Shown: positions 37,861-50,097, numbered from the stretch's first letter. The stretch: DNA of 64,000 nt from Carcharhinus longimanus (GCA_030264375.1 JASCQW010000027.1:54015163-54079162); one strand, 5' to 3'. Notes: generated from the sequence alone by a model not told the origin. Numbers and translations are program-made.

Positions 37861-38646
37861 ATACTTACAAAAATATGTTGTGGTGCTTCAGTGGCCTTCT
37901 GGACCGAATGGATTGTGCCATAGAAGAACAAGGGTAGGTGCGTGCTCGTTGCTTACACAGTCAATTCTCAGTTTCAGGTGCTCCATTATGATGGAGTATG
38001 AGCTAAATCCTTCTTCATAAAGTTGGAGGGAGATTGAGCCTGCAGGTGACTTCCATTCACTTTCTAACAGCAGGTTATAGAACAATGTGGCTGAAGTCTA
38101 GAAGCACATTGCCTTAAAGATAAAGCAAATAGCATCTGCCTGAAGACGGCTGAAGAGTGAAATAAACAAAGAGACAATAAATGTTGTGTTATAACCTTAT
38201 AAATCTTGAAGAAAACAGAGATTACGCCCCCCTCAAACAAATGGGGCTCATCAAACAAGGCCAAAAGAGCAGTCAGGAAAGAAAGCTTGTTGTGCAGTGA
38301 AAGTCTTTTTTGACAAGCTTAGAGGTACATTCAGATACAGAAGCAAAATCCTTTAGATATTGAAAATCTGAACTATATACAGAAAATGCTGGAAAAACTC
38401 AGCTTCTCAGGTCAGCAACAGTGACAAGGAAAGTAGAGGCCTGAATTTTTAGGAATGGCAACAAATCCCCATCAACTATGACTGGCCCGCTGCCATTTCA
38501 CACACTAATGAGCACTGATTGGCAGCAGGTGGGATTTCCATCCACACTTGAATGGAAGTCCCACTTTGGAGGTTTTTAGCCAAACAGATTGACTGACAGC
38601 TCTCCAATCCATCCATGCAAAGCATTGCAGTGGCTGAAAGAGGTAC

Positions 38647-38940
38647 GATGTGGGTATGCCGGCGTTGGACTGGAGTAAACACAGTAAAAAGTCTGACAAC
38701 ACCAGGTTTTAGTCCAACCTATTTATTTGATNNNNNNNNNNNNNNNNNNNNNNNNNNNNNNNNNNNNNNNNNNNNNNNNNNNNNNNNNNNNNNNNNNNNN
38801 NNNNNNNNNNNNNNNNNNNNNNNNNNNNNNNCCAGGTTTTAGTCCAACCTATTTATTTGAGAATAGACTCACAAGCTTGTGAGTCTATTATCAAATAAAT
38901 AGGTTGGACTAAAAACTGGTGTTGTCAGACTTTTTACTGT
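38647..38940 (-). mobile_element. Penelope-like element 3' end with inverted segment and target-site duplication
   Basis: TGAAAGAGGTAC is duplicated at 38635-38646 and 38940-38951. The body is homologous to 60998-61120. The palindrome is centred on AAGCTT (38873-38878). Confidence 0.75.
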
Positions 38941-39970
38941 GAAAGAGGTACTGCAGCATCATGCTTGACACTAAGTCCCAGGAACTACATTGACAGTAAG
39001 TAACTGGGATCCCTAGAGGGGAGAGTAGGTGAAGCCCTGAAGAGTCGCAATGAGGGAAGATCTCACTCTCACGGGGTGAGCGGGGGAAGGGCTTGTTGTC
39101 TCTGGTCTGTGAAGGGAGGTCACCCATGGTCTGAAGTGGCCTTCTGATGGACCTGTCCAAGATTGAGGGTGAGAATTTTTTCTGTTTCCCATGCTCAGTC
39201 ATTGGGAAGTCGAAATATTGAGGTTGGATAAGAAAAGGCCTTTAATTGGCCAATAATTGGCCATAAAAGCTTTAATTGGCCAATCTTCCTGTGTGAGGCC
39301 CTGTCACCACACTGTAAAATCACGTCCAGTATCTTCAGTATCTTCCACTGAGATTAAGAAGCTAGAGCAAAGTGAAATTTGAAATACAAGAGTACCAAGT
39401 ATGCTGTGAAAATTCTGAGAAAATGTAACTTGTTTCAATATTGGCTACAAAGTAAACTGTAACAAACTGACATTGTGATAAATTTGAGGTGAGTGTGGCT
39501 GCTTTGTTAATCTAATGATACTGTGATAACCCCTTTGAAGACCACAACCTAAAAAAAGTCTAACCTTTCTCAGGCAAAAGACAATAGATTAGTCTTTCTG
39601 CTCCAGGTGCAAGTGCCCTGCCAAACATTGTGATCTATCAGTTAACTGCAAGGGAATGGTGCCAAGTTCTGCAAATTGGAACTAAACTTTTTTGTTAATA
39701 TGCAAAAAGAGAAGTTAAAAATGAATAGGTTTTCCTGGAAACTTTAACTGAATCATCAGTCTTCATTATCGAGAAAAATATTGATCTCACAGATTGTCTA
39801 TGGGCTCCATTCTTTTTAAAGTGTATGTTTACTTAACCTTTAAAAACAAAATGATTGATCGAGTAACTTTGAATTAATTGCAACCTATGGATTTCCCCAT
39901 TTCTGATTGGTGTTTTTACTCTCTGGTCACTACAGGCTGAAGAAGCAGTCCTGAAGATTGATGGAGGGCC

Positions 39971-40077
39971 ATGCTATTCAAACAGCAGGTGTTGCTGAGA
40001 CAGAAGCTCTTTGTGCTGGGCAGCCTTGCTGTTGGAAGTCTCTTGTATATAGTTGCCAGAGTTGGGAGCTTGGATAG
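39971..40077 (+). CDS. HS3ST5: Heparan sulfate glucosamine 3-O-sulfotransferase 5, first coding exon (cytoplasmic tail + signal-anchor)
   Basis: Encodes MLFKQQVLLRQKLFVLGSLAVGSLLYIVARVGSLD(R), matching the recalled vertebrate HS3ST5 N-terminus. ATG context is GGCCATGC. Upstream acceptor tttttactctctggtcactacAG puts the exon start at 39936. Donor AG|GTTAGT at 40078 is phase 2. Confidence 0.96.
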
Positions 40078-40289
40078 GTTAGTACATGTATTATCTTCTC
40101 ACATTGAAAGGGTAACAATTTTGTTGCATTACCTGCGTTTTTTTTTCTGCGTGCTAAATTCCAGTTGAATGTGCTTTCTTAACTTTGAGCTTATTCAGTC
40201 CAACGTGAGTTCACGACTACAAGTTCAGGATCTCAGACAGCTTTCCTGAAGGCAAGATGCTTTGCCTGTCTGATAAATGGGAAGCCTGA

Positions 40290-40475
40290 GCTCAAATCAA
40301 CGTGGATTTTACGAAAATTAGCAATGGTTTCACAGTCATCATTTAATTTTTAACTCCAGATTTTTATGGAATTCAAATTTCACCATCTGCCATGATGGGA
40401 TTTGAACGTTGTATCCAGATCTTGTCCTGGGACTCGGGATTACTCACCCAGCTTACTATGCCATTGCCTCCCCTA
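40290..40475 (-). mobile_element. tRNA-SINE (family of 4707-5030)
   Basis: aattcaaatttcaccatctgccatgatgggatttgaac...ggattact...actatgccattgcctcccc is the reverse complement of the SINE head. Confidence 0.75.
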
Positions 40476-43029
40476 TAACAATAAATAAATCTCTAATAAT
40501 ACTTCTCATTCAATAAAGCTAAAATGGTCTAAGAAATAAAATTAACTAACAAGGATGATGTATAAAAACAAGTAATAGTTAAAACTGAAATTATTTTGTG
40601 CAAATAAAATTAACTAAGGTAAGTTATTATTGGTTGTGGCTAAAGCATGAAGACATGATGTTAAATGTTGAGTTGCCCCTCATCAGTCGTGAGCTGAATA
40701 TTAGCTTATGAATCGCCTGGAACACGCTCAGGTAACTCCTAATATCTGATTCAGGAATAGAAATGAAAAGGAGAGAAATAATAAAAATTCTGATTACAAT
40801 AATGACCAGTGAAGGTTTTTATTGTCATTCCTCTGCTCAACATTAGACATTGCTGTGAATTTCTTGAAATTAGCTGTAATTAACCAGGGGAAGAGGAAGA
40901 CAACAAAAGAAAGAAAGAGAGAAAATCAAATTAGGAAACAACAAAATAATGACAGTGCAGGAAGTATTTCAAATAAATGTAAATAAAACAATAGAATTAA
41001 GAATCAAATACCTCCAAAATAACATATATATTACTTTTTAAGTTTGCACTCCCTCCAACCCGTTAACTGCACCCCCACTCTCTCCGCCCCACTCTCCCAC
41101 CACCAACTCCATCAAGCCATTTATATTTGGAATGTACTTTTTCTCTTCCTTATCCTGGACTTCTAATTGCAACCCACATCCTGACATTTACAGATGCTGT
41201 AATTCTTGCAGTGGCCTTGTCTTTTACTCATCAGCCAGTGACCGCCCTCACATCCCCCCAACCAAGATCCACCCACATACCCACCAGCACCACCACCTCC
41301 TCCCCGGTTCTCACATCCAAGATCTCTGTCAGAGTCTGTTCAGCTATGAATTCATTCATGCAAACAATGTAAAGAAACAAGAAAAGAGAAATGCTTTTGC
41401 CACTTCTTTTATTATGTGTCTGAAAGGGAAATCGGCCATCGATTTTAGTTTGATTGATCAGCAACACTGTGCATGAAGCATGGACTGAGCCTACTGCTGC
41501 ATTGACATGAGATGTCTGTCAAACTGTCGCATTTCACACACAATGTGACACCAAATGAGTTCAGAATGCCACATCCCATCTGATTTCCAATTATTTCCGA
41601 TGTGACCAGCAGGAATCTTGATTCCTAATATATATATATACATATATTTATACATCATTCATTCTATATTTTCCAAATTAAATGGCATTTTCTGAACAAC
41701 CACTTATCATAATATCCACATTGCTTTAAAATGCTTTTGTGAGCATATTTTACAATAGTTTTTTCTCTTGTTTAAAAAAAAAGAAGCAATTAACCTGAAG
41801 CAATCTGTAATAAAATTGACCTGACTATGCTTGCAAGGGACTAACAATTTCAAATTGGGTTACTTTGCACATTCACACTAAATGGTGTGATGTCAGTAGG
41901 ATCAGAATGAACACATTTTACATTAATGTGGTGTACAGGTCTTCTATCTGAGGGAATAGTCAAGATACTGATCCCGCAGAGTAGTGTATAAATGACAAGT
42001 CACTAGTGCCTGGAGAAAAAATATTGCAAGAATTGTTAATCAATAGTAGGAGAAGGGAACTGTTGGATATTCAAAAGGAAATTGATATGTTTCCCTGATT
42101 GGTGCTACTGTTAGCAGCAATAAATAGATCGCTCTAATTTATGATTGGAATCGATAAATCTTTGATGAAACCCATTTCTGTAATTGTTCTGTAAGGCAGA
42201 CATGCTCAATAATTTAAAAATAAATTTAATGTAGTTATGTCATCTGTGTGTCATAAACTGACATTGTGTTAATATGATTTAAAGCTCATTTCTTTCATTA
42301 TTATTTATACAATGTTACTTTCCAGTTTCTCCTCTGGTGCAAGTAAAAGGCCAGCTTTTGCTTTTTCTCCTGATATTACAGGTCAGCCTTGTGCCAGTGT
42401 GATATGACAAATACTGTTTCTGAATATGATATAGCTCCTACATATCATGCCTAGAACATAAGCCTTTATTTATAGCTGAACATTCATTTCAGGACTGTCT
42501 GGACTCGAGGATTTGTGTTTTGTGGACGCAGTCATTTTCATGCAAGAGGAAGGAGGTTTTAGTTCAATTCCAGAAAGAATGATAACAATTAGTTCAGTCT
42601 CTACACATGCCTGAGTGGGTAAACAAACTACTTAATATAGTACTCAAACATACAGACAAATCAAATCCCAGTTTTGATCCACAGAGTTCACTATTTAGAT
42701 AACCTCAACAAAAATGGTGAAAGGATATTGCTTTCAGCCTCAGGAAAGGAAAGAATATCAACAATTCCAAACTCCTGGTCCAAATCCAGCCACCTGAATG
42801 TCTTTGTAGATTTGAATTAAGGACATTGTTGAGCTCGACATATCTCCAACATAATAATTACATGATAATATAACAAGTCAGTCCCCAAGTTCACACATAG
42901 AGAATAGTCATTTGTCTGATATATCAGGGTGATGTCAGTACATGGTGTAATCACGGTCAGCATTAACCACTGCCTTCAGGGAGGAGAAGAAAAAAATGGG
43001 AGGGTGAGTATGACTTGTTTCAATTGACA

Positions 43030-43730
43030 GAATCCCTGTAGGAATAAGAGATAGAGCAAATTGAAGGAGAAACTGCAGAAACACGTTAAAAGTGTGGGCA
43101 GGGAGAAAAAAGTAAATAGCAGGTGAGGCTAAGCCTAATATTCAAAAGAATTCGTACAGCACAACAATAACAAAAGGCAGTCAGTGGAGAGAGGAAAAGC
43201 ATAAAAGATGCAAACAGTTTCAAGACTGAGGATGAGTACAACATAATAAATATTCTAAACGATTGTTCCCTCCAAGTATTCACAAGGGAAGACATGAACA
43301 ACATGTCCTTGCAAAACAAAAATACCCCAAGTAAAATCAATGACTTGTTATAAATGAGATGGAAGTTCTAGATAGGCTAAACGGGCAAATAAAACCCTAG
43401 GGATAGTTGGTATTTATCCCAGAGTTGACAGATACTACGGGAGAGATCTGCACAGCTTTGACAATCATTATGAGAGGGTCCAGCAAATTAACAACAAGCT
43501 TATTACTGCCCATATTCAAAAAGGGTGACAAAATAGGCTATGCAAAAACCTTGCTATATTCATCTCCAGGCTCAAAACACTGTCTGCTATAGATACTGAT
43601 TAGATATAGCTCTTGAGGCCAGAGGGATCAAAGGGTATGGGGGGAAAGGTGGGATTGGGATATTGATCCAGCCATGATCAAAATAAATGGTGGAAGAGAC
43701 TTGATGGGNNNNNNNNCACCTGCTTCTGTT
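43030..43730 (+). mobile_element. Old CR1 ORF2 fragments and 3' end
   Basis: Encodes ILND....VFTRED, IYPRV and PIFKKGDK. The 3' UTR reads gggatcaaagggtatgggggg...ccagccatgatc. Confidence 0.6.
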
Positions 43731-43994
43731 TCCATGCTGAGCAATGGGCAACTAAGTGTCCATTTGATTCACAAACTCAGCTCACCTGTTTTCCTTAACA
43801 ATGAACTTAGTACTCATGCCTCAATGTCGACACAAGCAATATGCTGCCACTGAAATTGGTTAAGTTTACATGATCTGCTGACACAAATAGCCATCTCTAC
43901 CTTGAAAGAGGATCTCATTTTCTTCAGATAATTACCAATTCTCTTTTGAAGGCCTCAGGTGGACCTGCCTCCAACACTTAGAGCAATATTTCCA

Positions 43995-45030
43995 GAAACA
44001 AATGATCAGCTAAACCCTGACAAAACAACAGCCACTGAATTCCACCTTGAATACGAGAATGTAAAGCACGCTCTGAAATCTGTGGTAGTGCGATGTGATG
44101 TAACCCCTGTAATAAATTGAGATGACTCACTGAAGCTAAAGAATAAAACATTTTATTGCTGACAAACAAATAACTATATTTACAACAGGATCAGACAGAA
44201 TAACTATGAAACAGTACATTACTCCTTCCTGGCTCCAACTGCGGATCCTCCCCCAGCCCGGGATATGTGCTCCTGCATTTGATTGGCTCAGCTTCCCACC
44301 TCAACACTTCATTGGGTCCAGTCTGACCACATAGCACTTAGAAAATGCCCCCTTAAAAGGGCCATGCTACCACAGCCCCATGCTGTCCTGTTTTGGGACA
44401 AAGCTGGATGACATGTTAACCTTCTACAACCACATGAAAAAGACAGCAAGCAAAATGAAAACAAGAGTCAACTTGGTCCCGAAACTGGTAAGCATTGTGT
44501 GGGAAGCCTCAATGTCACTGCTTTGGACATCCGCAATATGGCCTAATACTGTGCACTTACTTGTATGAGCCAGAAGAAACCATACTCCACCCTCGATTTC
44601 TTCATGTCAAATTGAACACTGCACCGAAACTCCCAAGATGATCCCAATATTCTGGCTGCCCATGCTGTCGCACATTGCTCTCCATTTGCTGTGGTGCTGT
44701 AACTGTTGAGAGGTCCAGCAAATCTAAGAAAACCAATGTTTTTCCATTCACCAGGACCTCAACAATATCTATCAACACTGTTTGAAGTCACATAAGCTCT
44801 TTTAAATCCATATGCTTAACCTTTAACAATGTGACTTCAACCTGAAAGAAAATTGGAAAGCCAGAATTGAACTCATATAAGTCAGAAACAAACATTTCAT
44901 GGAAGATGTAATGCAGATGATCCCAATGATTTTGATTTTCCATTAAACTCATGGGCAACCCTAAACTGTACCTTTATAATCAATGGAAAAAGTAGAGATT
45001 GGATGCAGAAATGGAAAATATCAGACCATG
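43995..45030 (+). mobile_element. Vingi/Ingi-like LINE RT fragment interrupted by a probable LTR
   Basis: LNPDKTTATEFHL precedes the insert. After it come FGTKLDDMLTFYNHMKKTASKMKTRVNLVPKLVSIVWEASMSLLWTSA, LKSHKL and FDFPLNSWATLN...MQKWK. Confidence 0.65.
44081..44374 (-). mobile_element. Probable solo LTR
   Basis: 294 bp bounded by inverted TGTGGTAG...CTACCACA (TG..CA), with a minus-strand AATAAA. It splits the Vingi-like frame. No clear TSD is visible. Confidence 0.5.
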
Positions 45031-45439
45031 GATCAGTTAATGGGCAAGGCCTCCTGGCCCAGTCCACCACCAGGACTGGCTGATCCCATCGAAAGTCAGT
45101 GGACTTTTAGCTAGGCCACTGAATCTCCCGCGGCGGATCCTGCCACAATAAGGCCTTTTATATCCCAGCCAATGATCCAACGTCTGATTCACAAATGTGA
45201 AGGAGAACCTCAGCAATACATACTGCTTCTTCTGATGCAATTATCTGCCTTAACTACCTACATATAAAGTTATAATTGTTACCATACACCATCACCATAA
45301 GAAAGAGAGCTTAACAATGCTATAAAAATGCAAGCATCATTGTTGTTTTATTTCCACTCCAGCTCAGCATGAAATTAGTTATCAGGAATAAATTTGAGGT
45401 AGATGTTGCTTCCATTTATTTGGCACCTTCCATAATCTT

Positions 45440-47160
45440 GTGATGCCTCAAAATGTAGTAATAGTCAAGTCATAGACAGCAAGTCCAATGAACAGCAGTA
45501 AACATGGATTTGGAAGGGAAGTTATCTTCTGGGCTAACCTCCTCAACTTCTTTGAGGAAGTGACAATCCAAGTGGACTGTGTTAATCCTAGCGGCATACT
45601 GTAGGAATTTCCTGAGGGCTTTTGATAAAACTCCACCTAACTTAAAGTTGCATAGATTCATGGTATGATCTCTGTTCAACTTTCAGCTAAAGCTAGCTGA
45701 AAGGTAGAACAGAGTGCATTATGTTATGTTTGCGAGAGACCAGTACTGAAGGGGGTCCTTCAGAATTCAGTGCCAGGACCACATTTCTCATGCATGACAT
45801 GAATGACCTAGATTTAAAGGTTATTGCAATGACAATGTTGCAGCCAATACCAAACTGGACGAAGCAGTGGAATGTGAAGAAAAAGCTCAGAAATGACGTA
45901 CTGTGTTGGATAAGATATGTAAGTGGATAGAACCATGGCAGGTGAAATTCTGCGCTGAAAAAGTGAAGGTTTAAGAAGGAAAAAGAGACACAGATGCTCT
46001 ATGAATAGTGCTGATAAAGTTAAGGATGAAACTGGATGAGGCTCAGTAAACCAAAGCTAAACATGTACAACAAATACAGAAACAGCCAACTAATCCAATA
46101 ATATGTTGAACTTTATGGACAAAACAATAAAATAAAAGTCAGAGGAGGCAATGCTCAAACTTTATGATGTTCTAGTCATATCACCGTTTAAATATTGTGG
46201 ACTTTTGTGGTGACCAAGAGAAAAAGAGGCATTCAGACACTTCAAACATATGGAGACAATCTGCCAATTCAAATACTAAAGATACCAATTAGGGCCTGCC
46301 AATGGTGGAATAGCCCACTAGCTACAACTGTCTCGGGTGTCATTAGAGCCAGAGGCACCATGCCCTACGGGCAGGATCTCGGGAAAGAAAGGCAAATTCC
46401 CAACCAATGGCTTTCCAATTCATGGGGCTTTCCCCAATCTGCATTATTAATTTAGTCTGACCCTCATGGTGAGGGTGCCTTGAGACCTTCAACTGCTTTC
46501 ACTTCACCCATCTCTCTCTCTGATGAGATCAGCAGAATCAAGAGCCCACTTACTGTTAGTGTTAGACTGATAATAAAGACAACCAGTTAGGAGGCCACCT
46601 CTCAGTGTTGCAACCCTAGTCTCACTTTTGCATGTGCAGACTCAGGGGCTGGAATTGTCCTGTCCTGCCCACCACATGAATTGTAGCAGGCGGGGGTTGG
46701 ACCAGGCAAAGGTCTATTGGCCTTGGGTGGGATTCTCCGGTTTTGAGGCAAGCATGTCCAAAGAATGTTGCCCAGGATCCCAATTGATCCTAATGTCAGG
46801 ATCTGAAATCCCATAGGGCAATCTTGCCACTGGTGCTGTGAGTTATGAAGGTCTGGAAAAGCTTGGTCTTCACAAGAGGTGATTTTATGGAAACATCTTC
46901 TATTACTACTGTTAAGATAAGAAAAATAGTTGATATTACTTTAACTTAAACTGCAAGAGTAGACTCAGGAGCAACTTGTTCAAACTAATAATTTTAAGAT
47001 GGATGGGAAGAACTTCCTTCTTCGCAAAGAGTAATGAATCTGCAGAATAAATTTCTAATAGAGTAGTGGGGGATGAGAGGAGACATTCAGATCTCTCTTC
47101 TAAATGAATGAATTAAGATGAATCAAATGGACTTCTTTAACTCTAATTATCTTCTAATCT
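45440..47160 (+). mobile_element. Old CR1 RT-to-3' relic interrupted by DNA-element insertions (~46290-46830)
   Basis: Encodes SKHGFG...NLLNFFEEVT, MNDLDL, W..WQVKF.AEK and KSEEAMLKLYDVLV. Later come LEKLGL and NFL..QRVMNL. Confidence 0.65.
46645..46760. mobile_element. Short MITE, inverted homolog of 49608-49850
   Basis: ctgcccaccacatgaattgtagcaggcgggggttggac matches the reverse complement of 49680-49720. Confidence 0.6.
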
Positions 47161-48062
47161 TCTGAAGCACTTGATTGCTGAGTGCTAATACCAAATGCAG
47201 AGTTGAAAAGAAAATGAAAAATTGACTTTAATTAATTATTAGACATAAACAAAGAAGAATCTGCATTTTATCCACCTAATATATTTGTCTCGTATAGATG
47301 GGATACTCCCTTCAAACACTAATATAGGAAATTGCCCGAAAAGGTTAGGCTAGAACATTTGTTCTGTCAGCAGAGCTACAGTAATTTAGTTATTACTCTT
47401 TAGCAACTAATATTGTGTGGTTCAGATATTCCTGGTGTCATGCCCAGTAAGAGCCATGTCATATTCATAACTTCAAAACAAGAACTGTGCTTGTATGGAA
47501 GATAATTTATTTAAAAATGCTCACTGTTGAGCTCTTAAGATAGCTGTTGGGGAGGGATCGGATGGGGTTGGGGGGGTTGTCAATTGACCTTTGAAACTTC
47601 AACACAGTCTATCAAGTTACTGGAAAATTCTGAATTGAATCATAATAGGTCAGTATCACCCCTCTAAATGGACATGCTAGGCTGGAATTCATGCTTACCA
47701 TTATTTGAAGCTTATCCAAAGCACAGAATCAATGGAGTTTTTCTGCCTTGTCCCACTCCTTTGACAGATAATGCCCCACATTAACGGTTGAGCACTTGTT
47801 CACAACTTCCTTTTTTGCCAAGCTGATTGCATGACTTCTGCCTAAAGCCAGCCATTAATATCCAGACTACAAATCATCAATTTTCTTTGGATTGTACAAC
47901 GGGCAATTTTAACTTCAGGTAGTTAATGAGCAGGTAATGGGAGAGACCTGCCAGCTATGGTCGAAGAGTAATCTGAACCATTTATTCCCTGGCCTTGTGT
48001 GCAAGCTGTAGGAGCCAAGTTTCTGGACTCCTGCAGTTCACCAGCTATGAAAAGACAAGGTA

Positions 48063-48245
48063 AAAACAAAATACTGTGGATGCTGGAATCTGAAACAAAA
48101 ACAAAAAATCTCAGCAAGCCTAACAGCATTTGTGGGGAGGGAATAGAGCCAATGTTTCAAATCTAGATGATCCTTCATCAGAGCTCAGAAGGATCATCAG
48201 AAGGATCATCTTGACTTGAAACATTGGCTCAATTCTCTCCCCAGT
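48063..48245. mobile_element. Penelope-like terminal repeat, fold-back, with near-intact minimal hammerhead on minus strand
   Basis: Minus strand 48146-48186 reads GAGCT-CTGATGA-a-GGATC-atcta-GATTT-GAAACAT-T-GGCTC. An inverted partial copy follows, centred on GAGCTC, with a 12-bp tandem duplication. Confidence 0.7.
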
Positions 48246-48594
48246 AAAACAAGAAATTGATTGGTTCCCTTCCTGAGCCAGCCAAGAGGCAGAGCCCAGA
48301 ACAGGAAAGGTGAGAAACATTGCTCAATTGGCTGCTGTTTTTTTGGATCTGCTTTCAATGGATCCTTTTTGAGGCAGCTCAAGACAGATAGATAAGTAAT
48401 GCATTCCAACCATTTGACACTGGGAATCCTTTGCATTTTAATGTGCACTGATTTGCATTTTAGGATTAGCAACTTCCTGAACAAGTCTGGTATTCCCTCT
48501 CTAGACCAAAAATTGGAAAGTAGATGACCCAATTCTATTTGAGAGCCTGTTTACACCAATGTAGTGAAATCAACACTGAATAGTGAAATAAGAA

Positions 48595-48687
48595 TGAAAA
48601 ATGCTGAAAACATTAGCTAGTCTGGCAGCACATATGGAGAGAGAAACAAAGTTAATCTTTTGATTCTGTATGACCCTTCTTCAGAAT
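48595..48687 (-). mobile_element. Penelope-like terminal repeat, decayed
   Basis: Minus strand CTGAAGA-agggtc-ataca-gaatc-AAAA (GAAA lost). Confidence 0.55.
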
Positions 48688-49607
48688 AGTAAAATAGTTA
48701 CCCTGCGAAATAGATTTACCTGCTGCAGCCAGTAAGTCGATATTCTTATTCAATTCTTCAACACTTTTACTTCAGTTTCCCCTCTTCTCTGTATTTATCT
48801 TCCTTGTTTACAGGCATGGGGAGCTAACAACTCAGAAATAATAGTGCTAACGTGCTTCTAATGTTGAAATACCCCAGTTTTCCCCTTGGAGCGCTATCTG
48901 TTTGTATGTAATTTTCATCAGGTGCAATGGGAGAGAAACAAACGGAAATTGAATGTGCTGCAGTGGAAACTGTGTTGGCACTTGAAAATAATAAAATTCT
49001 GTTCCAGTTATGTATCAAATTAGTCCACTTTTGGAAAATTCACAGCAATTTACTTATATATTAAAATTAATATTCAAGAGATCATGAAGTATGAATGCTA
49101 AGCAGCTTCTGAAAATTGAGTATAAATTATTTAATACTACTGTATTAGCTATTAGAATTTTCTTTCCATTTTCTCTGCTTCATCTTCCCATCATTGCTGT
49201 TGAACTCGATCATTCAGACCAGAAGGCTGGTAAATGGGCTTTAGGCCACAAAATGTTTATGATGCTCTTTATGCTCCCTTACTAAAAATATCATGTTTAT
49301 AAGATATGAACATCATCTTTATCCTCAAGGCATTTGGCCCAAACGGCCCATAAGCCTTTCTGAAATATATTTGTGTTTTTTTTCACCGCTGTCGCTGAGC
49401 AGCAACATGTGAGAGCAGATTGGGTGATTATTGCAGAATCTTTCTGCTTTTAGCAGAATAGCAATATTGGGTTCTCCATTAGGTGGATGATCCACACTGC
49501 CAGGTTACCACTTGACAGCGAAGATGTAACTAAACTGCAATGAAGAACATCACTTTAAATTACTGGTCTATTATTTCAGTCATCACAGAGCTCTGTGGAG
49601 ATTATAT

Positions 49608-49850
49608 GGGGTGGGATTTTACAGCCTTGCTCATTCTGAAAACGTAAGATCCCGTTCGAGGTCAACAGACCTTCTAATGTTCCACCCCTCGCCCGCTCCA
49701 ATTCCTGTGGTGGGCAGAGCGGTAGAATTTTGGNNNNNNNNNNNNNNNNNNNNNNNNNNNNNNNNNNNNNNNNNNNNNNNNNNNNNNNNNNNNNNNNNNN
49801 NNNNNNNNNNNNNNNNNNNNNNNNNNNNNNNNNGCGGTAGAATTTTGGCA
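49608..49850. mobile_element. Short MITE (spans a 100-N gap with duplicated flanks)
   Basis: Termini gggtgggattttac ... gtagaattttggc. Homologous to 46645-46760. Confidence 0.55.
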
Positions 49851-50097
49851 TATATCCTAGATTCTCAGATTATTTCTAATTAAGGTGATAAAACAAGAAA
49901 ATGTTGTATTGCTACTGTAGCCTTTTTTCTTCTTGTATCACAGCTGTTTGATAAGGAAAATACTTTAATTGATGGATGGGCGTCATTGCAACCTGCATAA
50001 GAGTAAGATGAATCTAATGAGATGTCAGTGGTGGATGAATGTCACAAATGTGTTGATATCCAATGGAGCTTTACTGACCATTCTTGTTTTATTACAG

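Larger units (their letters stand above)
40078..50097 (+). other. HS3ST5: HS3ST5 coding intron (GT-AG, phase 2, ~10 kb)
   Basis: GTTAGT donor and TTACAG acceptor restore a continuous HS3ST5 reading frame. Confidence 0.93.

Noticed and set aside
38690-38940. Repeat-spacer-repeat pattern superficially like a CRISPR array
   Set aside because: The context is eukaryotic, the 'spacer' is an N gap, there are no cas genes, and the pattern is explained by a Penelope terminus.
40078-40168. Extension of the first coding exon ORF (LVHVLSSH...)
   Set aside because: It is read-through past the GT donor into the intron, with no support as a coding isoform.
49718-49848. Direct repeat gcggtagaattttgg on both sides of a gap (similarly 32492-32658 and 38702-38860)
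   Set aside because: The flanks of ~100-N placeholder gaps are duplicated. These are most likely unmerged contig overlaps rather than real tandem arrays.
50084-50097. ORF-track start 'MFYY' for a single-exon 314-aa protein
   Set aside because: This is a TTG inside the intron's pyrimidine tract. The true N-terminus comes from the exon at 39971.
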